Source: an uncultured bacterium (GTDB taxonomy: Bacteria > Patescibacteriota > Saccharimonadia > UBA4664 > SCTI01). Taken from it: a stretch of DNA of 64,000 nucleotides. Shown piece by piece: positions 48,471-58,142 of the stretch. Each line of letters begins with the position of its first letter. Within the stretch, counting starts at the first letter, position 1. Both the position numbers and the translations under genes were made by a program. Below the pieces are notes generated by a model. The model was not told the origin of the DNA, ran no database searches, and saw nothing but the letters and a program-made list of their open reading frames with translations. The DNA is taken from positions 68,555-132,554 of the forward strand of contig CAVRJJ010000001.1 of assembly GCA_963721685.1 (NCBI GenBank). Reading direction: 5' to 3'.

Positions 48471-51379
48471 GGAGTGACAGTAAACGTATAGGTGGGTGTG
48501 CTATCACTGTCAGACTCAACCCGCCACTGATAAATTCCTACTATTCCAAACCCGCTATTGTAGGTTCGACTCGTGCTGGAAGTATTAGTTGGCGCGACGG
48601 GCGGACCGACACTTCTTGTGATTACTAGTTTGTAATTGCCGTTGCCCCCAGCCCCCCAGACAAAGGTAATAGGAGTATTAACGGGATATGTGCTTCCGTT
48701 CGGCGGGGACAGGCCCACAAACCCGCCGCCGCCAGCCACCGTTGTAACCGTTGTTTCATCTTGGCCGCTGTATAGTGCCGTGTCGGTTGCTACCGCTTTG
48801 ATGGTGTGGCTGCCGGCGGAAGGGGCATTGTAGCTAAAGGTGTAGGATGTGCTGCCATTCAGTCCTTGCGTTGAAATAACCTGATCATCGAAATAAACAG
48901 TTAAGCCATTAGCCGGATGAGTTCCGGATGAAACGTTAACAGTAATCTGAAGCGTAGAGCTTCCTGTGGCACTAACATCAACAGTGGGCTTGGCGTCACT
49001 GCAGTTGTGGATGTCATCTTTTTGGGTCGGAATCGCCCCTACACCTGAAGCGAAGCCAAGCCGCTGGGCTAAGGCGGCGATGGGCGCCTGCCAACGCGCA
49101 TAGGCCGCGTCGGTGCTGGGAATCTCGGCGTGGATTTGACCGGCCGTTACACTTTGAATTGCTGCCGGCGGCGTGCATTCGGTAGCCAGCTTCCCTGATA
49201 CTTTATCAATGTTCGCGGTCTTAACGCCGCCCGCGCTTTGGACTTTATACCAGCTTGGAAAGACATCGGTGCGGCGGTTACGGGTAGCCGGTGTAACAGC
49301 GCCGCCAGTGTCGGCATCAAGGGTAAGGGTTTGGATGCCGGGAGGGGCGGTCCAGTTGCTGGTAGTCGGGTAGTCCGCTAACGCACCTTCAACACGCTCC
49401 CTGGTTTGCCGATCGGTGTACCCAGCCATGTAGTCATGCCACAGTGGGGCGGCAATGTTGACCGCGTCAGAAGTCATCGGACGGTTGTCATTGTTGCCGG
49501 CCCACACCCCGGTAACCAAGTCGGGGGTATAGCCCATTGTCCAGGCATCCTTAAAATCGGTGGTTGTACCAGTTTTTGCAGCTACCGTCCGGCCGCTAAT
49601 TTGGAGCGGGTTGTTTGCTCCAAAGATATACTGGCGGGCTCGGGTGTCACTCATAATATTGGCCATTAAGTAAGCAATTTGGGCATCAAGCACTCGTTTT
49701 GGTTTCTTGGGTTTGCTGGTGTCCATTAGGACGCGCTGGCGGGGGTCAGTAACTTTAAGGATGGGCGTAGCTTCGTGGTGGACACCACCATTGGCAAAGC
49801 TTTCAAAAGCATTCACCATATCATTCAATTTAACCTCGCCGGAACCTAATACCAGAGTTAAGCCGTAATGGCTGGCTGGCATATTTAAGGTACTGATTCC
49901 CATAGCGTGAGCGGTTTTTAATGATTCCTCAACCCCGGCGATATATGCCATTTTAACAGCCGGAATATTCAACGAGCCCGCAAGGGACGATCGCATCGAC
50001 TGGATTCCGTAGTGGCCTCCTGAGTAGTTTCTAAAGCGCTTACCACCTCCAAAATCAGTGTCCACGTCGTAAATGGTGCTTCCTGGCCCCCAGTTCTTTT
50101 TCATAGCGGTGGCGTAGACGATGGGCTTAAAGCTGGAGCCGGGCTGGCGGTTAGCCAAGGCAACATTGAAAGCCCCGAAGTCCTTATCGTTAGGGTCGTA
50201 CGAACCCATCATAGCCAAGACCTGGCCGGTTTTAGGGTCGGCGGAAACCATGGCAACATTCGATCCTCCCGACCGGCGCACGGCCGCGATGCCGTTGGAG
50301 CCTTTTATGGCACGTTCCATTAATTTTTGTTTTTTAATGTCGAGGCTGGTAATAACCTTTAAACCTCCGCTTTCAACGGTTCGCGTACCGTATTTACCTT
50401 CCAGATATTCCTGGGCATACCGGGCAAAATGAGGAAAATCGGTTTGCTGGGTTCCGATTTGGGGGGCTGGCGCTAATCCAATTGCCGCAAAATCTTTTAT
50501 TTTGGCAGCATCGGCTTCAACCTGGGAAATGTAGTCTTGCTCGGCCATGGCATTTAGTACAAGCGCCTGGCGGAACTTTAAAGCCTCTACGTTTTGACCA
50601 TAGGGGGAATAGTAGGTCGGTAGGTTGGCCATGGCCGCGAGCATCGCTGACTGCGATAAAGTCAGTTGGGCCGAGCAATTATCTTCTTTAATGTTGGCCG
50701 GGAAAAAGGTGCGGCACGCGGCTTCTACCCCATAAGCTTGGGAGCCATAGGGTATTTCATTGAGGTAAAGCCGCAAAATATCATCTTTTTTATACAATTG
50801 ATCAATTTCAATGGAAAGGATGAGTTCTTTTATCTTGCGGGTAATAGAACGGTCGTTGGGGTCAAGCAGCGCATTTTTAACATACTGCTGGGTGATGGTT
50901 GAGCCGCCCTGGAATGTCCCCTTTTTTGTAAAATTGTAGAATGCGGCCCGCACGGTTCCATTAACACTAAATGCACCTTCTTTGTAGAAGTCTTTGTCTT
51001 CAATGGCGATCGTAGCGTTGCGCAAGTGTTTGGGCATTTGCTTAAATTCCACTAACTTGCGGTTTTTATCACCATGAAGCTCAAATATCTTGGTTTGGCC
51101 GGTACGGTCATAAAAAACCGTATTTTGGGCTCCTATCCGGGCATTAATTTTTCCTGGACTTGGCAGGTCTTTGGCAAAATAGGCGAATAACGCCACAATA
51201 CTTAAGATGCCGGCCCCAGCAATAATACCTACCCGGCGGGCGCCGTCCCTGCTAAACCAGTACCTCTTGAACAGGCTCCAAGAGGTAAAAGCTCTTAGGA
51301 ACAGCAAAATTCTGCCCTTAAAGCTGCGGTCACCGCCGCGGATTACCCTGCGGTCCCTTTTGATTCTGCGCTTAGCCAC
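48467..51379 (-). CDS. Class A penicillin-binding protein (PBP1A family) with C-terminal Ig-like extensions
   Basis: IEDKDFY, QGGSTITQQYVKN, PGSSFK, SLN, KTGT. Confidence 0.95.
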   Translation of the reverse strand: MAKRRIKRDRRVIRGGDRSFKGRILLFLRAFTSWSLFKRYWFSRDGARRVGIIAGAGILSIVALFAYFAKDLPSPGKINARIGAQNTVFYDRTGQTKIFELHGDKNRKLVEFKQMPKHLRNATIAIEDKDFYKEGAFSVNGTVRAAFYNFTKKGTFQGGSTITQQYVKNALLDPNDRSITRKIKELILSIEIDQLYKKDDILRLYLNEIPYGSQAYGVEAACRTFFPANIKEDNCSAQLTLSQSAMLAAMANLPTYYSPYGQNVEALKFRQALVLNAMAEQDYISQVEADAAKIKDFAAIGLAPAPQIGTQQTDFPHFARYAQEYLEGKYGTRTVESGGLKVITSLDIKKQKLMERAIKGSNGIAAVRRSGGSNVAMVSADPKTGQVLAMMGSYDPNDKDFGAFNVALANRQPGSSFKPIVYATAMKKNWGPGSTIYDVDTDFGGGKRFRNYSGGHYGIQSMRSSLAGSLNIPAVKMAYIAGVEESLKTAHAMGISTLNMPASHYGLTLVLGSGEVKLNDMVNAFESFANGGVHHEATPILKVTDPRQRVLMDTSKPKKPKRVLDAQIAYLMANIMSDTRARQYIFGANNPLQISGRTVAAKTGTTTDFKDAWTMGYTPDLVTGVWAGNNDNRPMTSDAVNIAAPLWHDYMAGYTDRQTRERVEGALADYPTTSNWTAPPGIQTLTLDADTGGAVTPATRNRRTDVFPSWYKVQSAGGVKTANIDKVSGKLATECTPPAAIQSVTAGQIHAEIPSTDAAYARWQAPIAALAQRLGFASGVGAIPTQKDDIHNCSDAKPTVDVSATGSSTLQITVNVSSGTHPANGLTVYFDDQVISTQGLNGSTSYTFSYNAPSAGSHTIKAVATDTALYSGQDETTVTTVAGGGGFVGLSPPNGSTYPVNTPITFVWGAGGNGNYKLVITRSVGPPVAPTNTSSTSRTYNSGFGIVGIYQWRVESDSDSTPTYTFTVTP

Positions 51380-51494
51380 GTATAGCCATCTCTAACATCA
51401 TGTGCTTCCATTATAAGTTGGCAACCCTTTTTATCCAAGTATTTTGCTTGTGCTTTCGAGCGAAGATTTCTGGTGCTGTGCTATCATACGAACC

Positions 51495-52658
51495 ATGATA
51501 GATCTGGTGTTAAGCCGAGCTAAAGACGTGGTGGTGCGGACCGAACTGGTTCGCCTGCTTAAATCCAAAAAATTACGGATTAAGCACGGCATTGACCCCA
51601 CCGGCCCCCAGCTGCACCTTGGAAGGGCGTCAACCTTGCGCCGCCTGAAAAATTTACAAGATTTAGGACACACCATAGTATTAATTGTTGGGGACTTTAC
51701 CGCTAAAATTGGTGACGCTTCCGACAAAGCTAGTGAGCGCCAACCCCTGGGTGACAGTGAGATAGCTGCTAACATGAAAGATTATAAACACCAGCTCGGC
51801 CTGGTGCTTGATATGAGCAAGGTGGAGCTTCATTACAATTCTGAGTGGCTGCAGAAACTTACGTTTGATGAACTTCTGGAGCTTACCCAGCAGTTTACGG
51901 TTGCACAAATGATCGAACGGGAAAATTACGCTATTCGATTTAAGGAGAACCGCCCTATTGGCTTGCACGAGTTTTTGTATCCCGTATTGCAAGGTTATGA
52001 CTCGGTGGCGATTAAGGCGGATGTCGAAGTAGGCGGAACCGACCAGCTTTTCAATCTTATGGCCGGCCGGACGCTGCAAAAGCATTATGGCCATAATCCG
52101 CAGCAGGTTTTAACGTTTGATTTGCTGACCGGGCCAGATGGCCGCAAGATGTCAACTTCATGGGGTAACGCGATTTATATTACTTCTGAACCAAATGATT
52201 TATATGGCCAGATAATGCGGATTAATGATGAGTTGATCGCGCAATATTACCGTATTTGCACCGATATTGCCGAAGAGGTGATTGCCGCGGCCGTAGCCGA
52301 CATTGCCGCGGGAGCCAACCCGCGCGATACCAAGGCTTCGCTCGCTCGTGAGATTGTGCGCCTTTACCACGGGGAGGACGCGGCTCTTGCCGCCGAAGAC
52401 GCCTTTAATAAGCAGTTTCGTGAAGGGTTGATACCGGACGATATTGAGGAAAAGCACGTGACTAAACTGGAGTGGGATCCAATTCTCTTACTGGTTCATC
52501 TCCAGTTAGCGGATAGTAATAGTGAAGCCCGCCGCCTGATTGAGCAAGGTGGGGTACGCTTGAATGATAAAAAAATTGATAAAACAGAATTGCACGTTAA
52601 GGATGGGGATCTTATTCAGGTGGGCAAACGTCGGTTTGCACGGCTCACGGTAGCCTAG
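51495..52658 (+). CDS. tyrS: Tyrosine--tRNA ligase
   Basis: GIDPTGPQLHLG, LQGYDS, GGTDQLFN, KMSTS, C-terminal S4 domain. Confidence 0.96.
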   Translation: MIDLVLSRAKDVVVRTELVRLLKSKKLRIKHGIDPTGPQLHLGRASTLRRLKNLQDLGHTIVLIVGDFTAKIGDASDKASERQPLGDSEIAANMKDYKHQLGLVLDMSKVELHYNSEWLQKLTFDELLELTQQFTVAQMIERENYAIRFKENRPIGLHEFLYPVLQGYDSVAIKADVEVGGTDQLFNLMAGRTLQKHYGHNPQQVLTFDLLTGPDGRKMSTSWGNAIYITSEPNDLYGQIMRINDELIAQYYRICTDIAEEVIAAAVADIAAGANPRDTKASLAREIVRLYHGEDAALAAEDAFNKQFREGLIPDDIEEKHVTKLEWDPILLLVHLQLADSNSEARRLIEQGGVRLNDKKIDKTELHVKDGDLIQVGKRRFARLTVA

Positions 52659-52660
52659 CC

Positions 52661-54700
52661 GTGATAAATCTTGATGTGCGGGTTGAAACCCTTAAAGGTG
52701 TTGGTGTGGCAATGGCAATTAAGCTGGAGCGGCTTGGCATCTTAACTGTTGGTGATTTAATTAATCACTACCCTAGGCGCTACGTCGACTTTTCGCAAAT
52801 TATTCCCATCCGCTCCATGAAGCCAGGGCTGGTGACCTTTAAGGGAAGCGTAGAGCGAATTGCCAGCCGCCGGGTTCGCGGGCGCAAGCTGCAGCTAACC
52901 GAAGCCATCATCAGCGACGGCACCGGCACCGTAAAGGCCATATGGTTCAATCAGTCTTTTCTTGCCACGCAGTATCCCGCCGGAACCGAGGTGTTTGTGG
53001 CGGGAAAAGTTGAATTTCGCAATAGCGACCTCGCGCTGCAAAGCCCGGCAATTGAAAAAGCCGAGGTCGGCAATCGACACACCGGCAGGATTGTGCCGGT
53101 ATATCCGGAAACCGAAGGTTTAAGTTCTCGCCAATTGCGTAATATTATTGCCCCCCTGTTATCGCGGCTTGATGGTTTACCCGAAACCCTGCCAGACAGT
53201 ATTATGGCCGAGGCTAAGCTGATGTCGCGCAGTCAGGCATTGGCTGAGATTCATACACCCACTACGGCCAGTAGTTTACAACGGGCACGCCACCGGATGG
53301 CTTTTGAAGAGTTGTTTTATATTATAGGAGCCAGTTTGACAATTCGGAAAGAAACCAAAACCGAGTCGGCGCAACCAATTAGTTTAAAGGTTGAGGTTGC
53401 CCAGGCTTTTACCAAAGCTCTAGACTTTGAGCTCACCAACGCCCAGCGCGCGGCGGCCTGGCAAATTTTACAAGACATGCAGGATGTAACACCCATGAAC
53501 CGCTTGCTGGAAGGTGACGTGGGTAGTGGAAAGACAGTTGTGGCTTTGCTGGCTGCTGTCATGGTAATGGCATCCGGCCATCAGGCGGTTTTGATGGTGC
53601 CAACCGATATCCTAGCCCGGCAACATGCCGCCACTATTGAGCCGCTATTAGCAAAGCTTGGTTATTCTACAAGTCTGGTATTGGCGCGCCATCCAGCCTC
53701 GATGAAGCAAGCGGCGGAGACTGCAATTAAAAGGGGAAGCGCGCAATTTGTAATTGGTACCCACGCGCTGCTAAGCGAACGTATTCAATTTGCCAGGTTG
53801 GGTCTCGTAATTGTCGACGAACAGCATCGCTTTGGCGTTGAGCAACGACAACTGTTGAAGAAAAAAGCCGGTCGTTTGCCTCATTTGCTAAGCATGACCG
53901 CGACCCCGATTCCCCGCAGCCTGGCTCTAACCGTCTATGGGGACTTGGACATTTCGTTGATAGATGGGTTGCCGCCGCATCGGCAACCCATTGCTACGCG
54001 CATCCTGAAACCACAGGATCGCACGGCGGCTTACGGTTTTATTGACACGGAAATCGCAAAAGGGCGCCAAGCTTTTGTGGTCTGCCCATTAATTGAAGAC
54101 TCGGATACACTAGGAACTAAGAGTGTAACCGCTGAAGCTGAGCGGTTACAGGCCGGGGCGTTTAAGCATCGGCGCATCGGGGTGGTGCACGGCAAGCAAA
54201 AGCCCGGGGAGCGCGACGAGGTTATGCGGTTATTGGTAGAAGGTAACCTTGATATCCTTGTGGCCACCAGCGTAATTGAAGTTGGAATTGATATTCCTAA
54301 CGCCAGTATTATGCTGATTGAAGGGGCGGAACGGTTTGGTTTAGCAGCCCTGCACCAATTGCGCGGCCGGGTTGGGCGCGGCGAGCACCATTCATACTGT
54401 TTTATTGCCAGTGACTCTAGCGCCCCCGGTGTCATGCAACGCTTGCAGGCTCTGGAAAGAACGAATGACGGTTTTCGGTTGGCGCAAATCGACTTGGAGC
54501 TGCGCGGCCCCGGACAAGTCTACGGACGCCGCCAGCACGGCATGCTTGAGCTGCAAATGGCCGACTTAGGGGATACGCGCTTGATCGCCGCGGTGCGCAA
54601 GGCGGCTGAACGGTTTGTGGGCGATCCTGAGGCCATGCTACAATACCCTCAAGTTATGGCACGAGTTAACAGGTTGAAAAGCCTGACCTCGTTAGACTAA
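52661..54700 (+). CDS. recG: ATP-dependent DNA helicase RecG
   Basis: GDVGSGKT, DEQHRFG, MTATPIPRSL, HQLRGRVGRG. Confidence 0.97.
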   Translation: MINLDVRVETLKGVGVAMAIKLERLGILTVGDLINHYPRRYVDFSQIIPIRSMKPGLVTFKGSVERIASRRVRGRKLQLTEAIISDGTGTVKAIWFNQSFLATQYPAGTEVFVAGKVEFRNSDLALQSPAIEKAEVGNRHTGRIVPVYPETEGLSSRQLRNIIAPLLSRLDGLPETLPDSIMAEAKLMSRSQALAEIHTPTTASSLQRARHRMAFEELFYIIGASLTIRKETKTESAQPISLKVEVAQAFTKALDFELTNAQRAAAWQILQDMQDVTPMNRLLEGDVGSGKTVVALLAAVMVMASGHQAVLMVPTDILARQHAATIEPLLAKLGYSTSLVLARHPASMKQAAETAIKRGSAQFVIGTHALLSERIQFARLGLVIVDEQHRFGVEQRQLLKKKAGRLPHLLSMTATPIPRSLALTVYGDLDISLIDGLPPHRQPIATRILKPQDRTAAYGFIDTEIAKGRQAFVVCPLIEDSDTLGTKSVTAEAERLQAGAFKHRRIGVVHGKQKPGERDEVMRLLVEGNLDILVATSVIEVGIDIPNASIMLIEGAERFGLAALHQLRGRVGRGEHHSYCFIASDSSAPGVMQRLQALERTNDGFRLAQIDLELRGPGQVYGRRQHGMLELQMADLGDTRLIAAVRKAAERFVGDPEAMLQYPQVMARVNRLKSLTSLD

Positions 54701-54725
54701 ATCAAGCAAGGAGACCACGAGTTTC

Positions 54726-55562
54726 ATGTACTCAGGCTTTATTACGTCAAAACGGATCGTCCCGGCGGTCGGGGTGCATCAGCGTTTTGATGTTGCGGCA
54801 TATCGTATGATCGCTTCGTATTTTGCGGAGGATACGTTTCCGTCGTTAAAGCAACTTATGCATTTTGAGGGGATGAACGGTCCGGATGGCTTGAAGGTTA
54901 AATCGCCAGGGCATCATGAGCCCGGCCATCTCTATAACCCTGAAACCGGAGGAGGTGACATCCCTCGCCTAATAACCGACCATTATCGCCAATTAGTTGA
55001 GTCCCTGCGTACCAAAGATTTGGTACGGGCCGGTTTCGACGCCGCCTGGCTGGCGCACTATATTTGTGATGGTTTAACCCCGGCCCACCATTTTCCGCTT
55101 GACGCAGACATGGCAAAACAGTCAGAACATTCAAAGCGCATTCCCAGACGCTATAAATACACGGTGATTGTTCCCGGCATAAATGTTATTGATACTATCC
55201 GGCGCAGCTGGGCAATTTGGGGCGGCAAGGGACTGCTTACCACCCACTTTAATTTTGAGGTTGGGGTAGCGGCTGCCTTGGTGGGCTTTCGCTTAAAGGC
55301 CCCCCTCGATCATGATCGCTTAGCCAAGGCGCGTAGCTCGGGGCTTCTGCCGTTTTTTACGGAGGAAGCAAAGTCGGTCGCAACGCTTGAGATGTATGAA
55401 ACATTTTATCTCTCGGGTTGGAACGCAGAGCTTGCCCAGATGGTTAAGCATCGTTTAGCACCTCAGATTACCCAAACCATCGCCATTGCCTGGCTGCTTG
55501 CCTATTTGGAGGCGGGCCTTGAGTCAGCTAAATTGGCCCAACAAAAGACGAAAAAGCGCTAA
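54726..55562 (+). CDS. Hypothetical protein, phospholipase C/P1 nuclease-like Zn-binding fold
   Basis: HQRFD, GPD, AHYICDGLTPAH, HFNFE match the spacing of trinuclear Zn ligands. Confidence 0.6.
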   Translation: MYSGFITSKRIVPAVGVHQRFDVAAYRMIASYFAEDTFPSLKQLMHFEGMNGPDGLKVKSPGHHEPGHLYNPETGGGDIPRLITDHYRQLVESLRTKDLVRAGFDAAWLAHYICDGLTPAHHFPLDADMAKQSEHSKRIPRRYKYTVIVPGINVIDTIRRSWAIWGGKGLLTTHFNFEVGVAAALVGFRLKAPLDHDRLAKARSSGLLPFFTEEAKSVATLEMYETFYLSGWNAELAQMVKHRLAPQITQTIAIAWLLAYLEAGLESAKLAQQKTKKR

Positions 55563-56098
55563 TGCGCGTTGTATCTGGTGTTTATGGCGGCCGAATTATC
55601 GCGGCACCCAAGCATGCGGGCACTCGCCCGATGACCGATAAGGTCCGTGCAGCCTTATTTGATGGGCTCGGTGCTATTGCTAATGCCAGTGTGTTAGATG
55701 TCTATGCCGGGAGTGGTGCCATTGGTTTTGAGGCGTTAAGCCGGGGGGCGAGCGACGTCCAAGCGATTGAGCAGGCGCGGTCGGCAATTAAAACTATTCA
55801 AGCAAACCAGGCGGCGCTAGGACTTAGCTGGGGCTATACGCTTCATCAAATGACAGCGGAGGCTTGGCTAGCCCATCCAACCGACCAGCTCTTTGACCTT
55901 ATCGTAGCCGACCCGCCATATGAGCGGATTAAGCCCGATATTTTAGAAAAACTGGGCACGCTGCTTAAATCTGAAGGGATTATGGTTGTGTCCCATAGTT
56001 CTCGCCTAGGTGGATTTGACCTTGAGGGCCTTGTTCAGGAGGGAACTAAGGTCTACGGGGACACCCAACTTAGCTCCTACCACGTTACCAGGCGCTAG
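55562..56098 (+). CDS. rsmD: 16S rRNA m2G966 methyltransferase
   Basis: MRVVSG, TRPMTDKVR, LDVYAGSGAIGFEALSRG, DPPY. Confidence 0.93.
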   Translation: MRVVSGVYGGRIIAAPKHAGTRPMTDKVRAALFDGLGAIANASVLDVYAGSGAIGFEALSRGASDVQAIEQARSAIKTIQANQAALGLSWGYTLHQMTAEAWLAHPTDQLFDLIVADPPYERIKPDILEKLGTLLKSEGIMVVSHSSRLGGFDLEGLVQEGTKVYGDTQLSSYHVTRR

Positions 56099-56150
56099 GA
56101 CGGGCGCTTAAAGTACGCTAGTATAATGTACGTCCCTCAAAGCCAAGCGC

Positions 56151-56236
56151 GGGCGAGTGGTGAAATGGTAGACACGCCAGCCTTAGGAGCTGGTAGGGGA
56201 AACCCTGTGGAGGTTCAAGTCCTCTCTCGCCCACCA
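56151..56236 (+). tRNA. tRNA-Leu(TAG)
   Basis: CCAGC-CTTAGGA-GCTGG anticodon arm, variable arm, CCA. Confidence 0.96.
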
Positions 56237-56252
56237 AAAAAAGGTCAAATTC

Positions 56253-56915
56253 TTAGGCTTTTTCAAATATACTGTCTTCGAGGGCAGTCACAGTTGCAAG
56301 AATATAATCAAGCTCTTCGACGGTAATTGTGGTAGGTGAGTTATGCCTTATGTCTAGCGCAATAGTTCTCGCTAATTCTCTTGCCCGAGCAACCTGATCG
56401 CTCAAATCTTGATCATTGTTTTCCGTGGGCGTAGAACCTTCTACAGAGTCAAATAAAACTTCCTTCATTCTTTCCACGCACAACCTCGCTACATCAAGAA
56501 GGTCTTGGGTAATGTTTTCAGGCGCTTTTTCAAGTGTTTCATCAATTTCTTTTAAAATGCCCGCGGCGGTTTCGCTGACCCATCCCGCTTTTCCATTTAT
56601 TTCACGAATTCTAACGCGTTCGGCCTGACGCGCGGCTTCAGCTTCTCTAACCTTAAGCTCATGCAGAGCAAGTTCTTCGGCAGTGAGCGGCTTGGTGTTC
56701 ATTAGGATCTTTTGGGCTGGGGTTGGTTCCTCACCTACTACGTGATGTCCGCCAATTGATCCGTTTGCAAGCGGAACACTAGGTTCATCGTCTGGGTGGG
56801 CATCAATGCCTGGATCAGCTCCCAGCTCATCTAACTCCTCGTTTGTAAGCAGTTCGGGTGGGTTCTTCCTTATTTCATGATCAGAAGGCCCGCCTCTTCC
56901 TCTTTCGATATCCAT
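56253..56915 (-). CDS. Acidic orphan hypothetical protein
   Basis: 220-aa ORF convergent on the tRNA; GAGG RBS. Confidence 0.7.
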   Translation of the reverse strand: MDIERGRGGPSDHEIRKNPPELLTNEELDELGADPGIDAHPDDEPSVPLANGSIGGHHVVGEEPTPAQKILMNTKPLTAEELALHELKVREAEAARQAERVRIREINGKAGWVSETAAGILKEIDETLEKAPENITQDLLDVARLCVERMKEVLFDSVEGSTPTENNDQDLSDQVARARELARTIALDIRHNSPTTITVEELDYILATVTALEDSIFEKA

Positions 56916-56990
56916 AGAAATATCCTCATCTATAAATTTAATGCTAGCACAACCAATGCTATAATAACCATAAGCCTAATAAAAACCCTT

Positions 56991-57551
56991 ATGGATATTC
57001 AATACCCTAAACCAAAACCCCGCTCAAAGGTTGCAAAAATCAAATTCCTCAAGCGGTCAGCTGCCGGCAAAGCCAGTCATCACAAACGGCGAATTCGCGC
57101 GCACGCAAAGCGTAATTTGATACTCGCTGCGTTACTACTGGTAGTGGGGCTGGGACTTAGCTCAACCTATATTTTACGCTCGCTCGAGCTCATGGCGCCC
57201 GCCGGTAATGATCCGCACCTCCAAACCTACATCCGTGCAGCCCAAGCCGCTTCCTACCAGCAACGGGAAAGCTCAAAAGCGCCCGATCAAATTGGCGTGG
57301 CGTCGTGGTATGCATTAGGATTGCGCAGCCCGGACGCCTTAACCTGCGCCTCAACGAAATTTCCGCGCGGAACGTATCTGCATGTTAAAGACTTACGTAA
57401 TGGGAGGGAGGTGGTCTGTTTGGTTAACGACTACGGCCCCACACCCGGTACGAAGCGGGTTATTGACCTTTCGCGGGGCAGCTATAGTCACCTGGAAGGC
57501 CTGGGGTCGGGAACGATGCCGGTTGAGATACGGCGGGTGGAAAAGCCATAA
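56991..57551 (+). CDS. RlpA-like double-psi beta-barrel (lytic transglycosylase family) protein with membrane anchor
   Basis: GVASWY, NGREVVCLVNDYGP, RVIDLS. Confidence 0.88.
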   Translation: MDIQYPKPKPRSKVAKIKFLKRSAAGKASHHKRRIRAHAKRNLILAALLLVVGLGLSSTYILRSLELMAPAGNDPHLQTYIRAAQAASYQQRESSKAPDQIGVASWYALGLRSPDALTCASTKFPRGTYLHVKDLRNGREVVCLVNDYGPTPGTKRVIDLSRGSYSHLEGLGSGTMPVEIRRVEKP

Positions 57552-57651
57552 CCGGTGTATTGTAATTTACATATAAATATGTTATTATATTGCAGTTCGA
57601 GGTGAACTTTTTCGCCTTGGGCTCAGTCCCACTCAACTACCGGGGGTACCT

Positions 57652-58083
57652 ATGGGAAAAGCATCGGCTCTTGACCAACGCGGATCCAACTGGGAGATCA
57701 CGAACGGAGGCCTCACGCTGGTCCTCAACGACTGCTTCGTGTTCACACGTAGCCCACGCCTTCGTGGGGTAGGCAACACCAAGGGCTCAGTTCTGAGCAG
57801 GCTCAACGCCCAGCTGCACGCGCTCATCGCGCGCGGCATGTGGGGGCAGGTTGACTTCATGCTCGGATCAAGCCAGCTGGTAGCCCAGTTGTGGATGCGC
57901 TGGGACCTCCAGTCGCGCCATCTGCAGGTAAGTGAAACCGTCCGTCTTCCGGGCCACCCGGTTCCGCTTGTCTGCGTGCGTTTCGAGCAGTTGGCCGAAC
58001 CGGGCTGTTTGCTCCTCGCTCCGGGAGTCGGGCAAGGTGATGAGCTCGCGTTCATCAACTCCCTGGGCTACCGCATCAGCTGA
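57652..58083 (+). CDS. Orphan hypothetical protein, 143 aa
   Basis: GC-rich islet with AT-rich promoter region upstream and hairpin downstream. Confidence 0.5.
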   Translation: MGKASALDQRGSNWEITNGGLTLVLNDCFVFTRSPRLRGVGNTKGSVLSRLNAQLHALIARGMWGQVDFMLGSSQLVAQLWMRWDLQSRHLQVSETVRLPGHPVPLVCVRFEQLAEPGCLLLAPGVGQGDELAFINSLGYRIS

Positions 58084-58142
58084 GCTTCGGCTCGAGTGGG
58101 ACAACGGGGGAGGCAAGCGCCTCTCCCGTCCACTGCACTTAT

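Noticed and set aside
51380-51494. T-box riboswitch upstream of tyrS
   Set aside because: The intergenic region is too short, has no T-box motif, and a -10 element sits 7 nt from the ATG.
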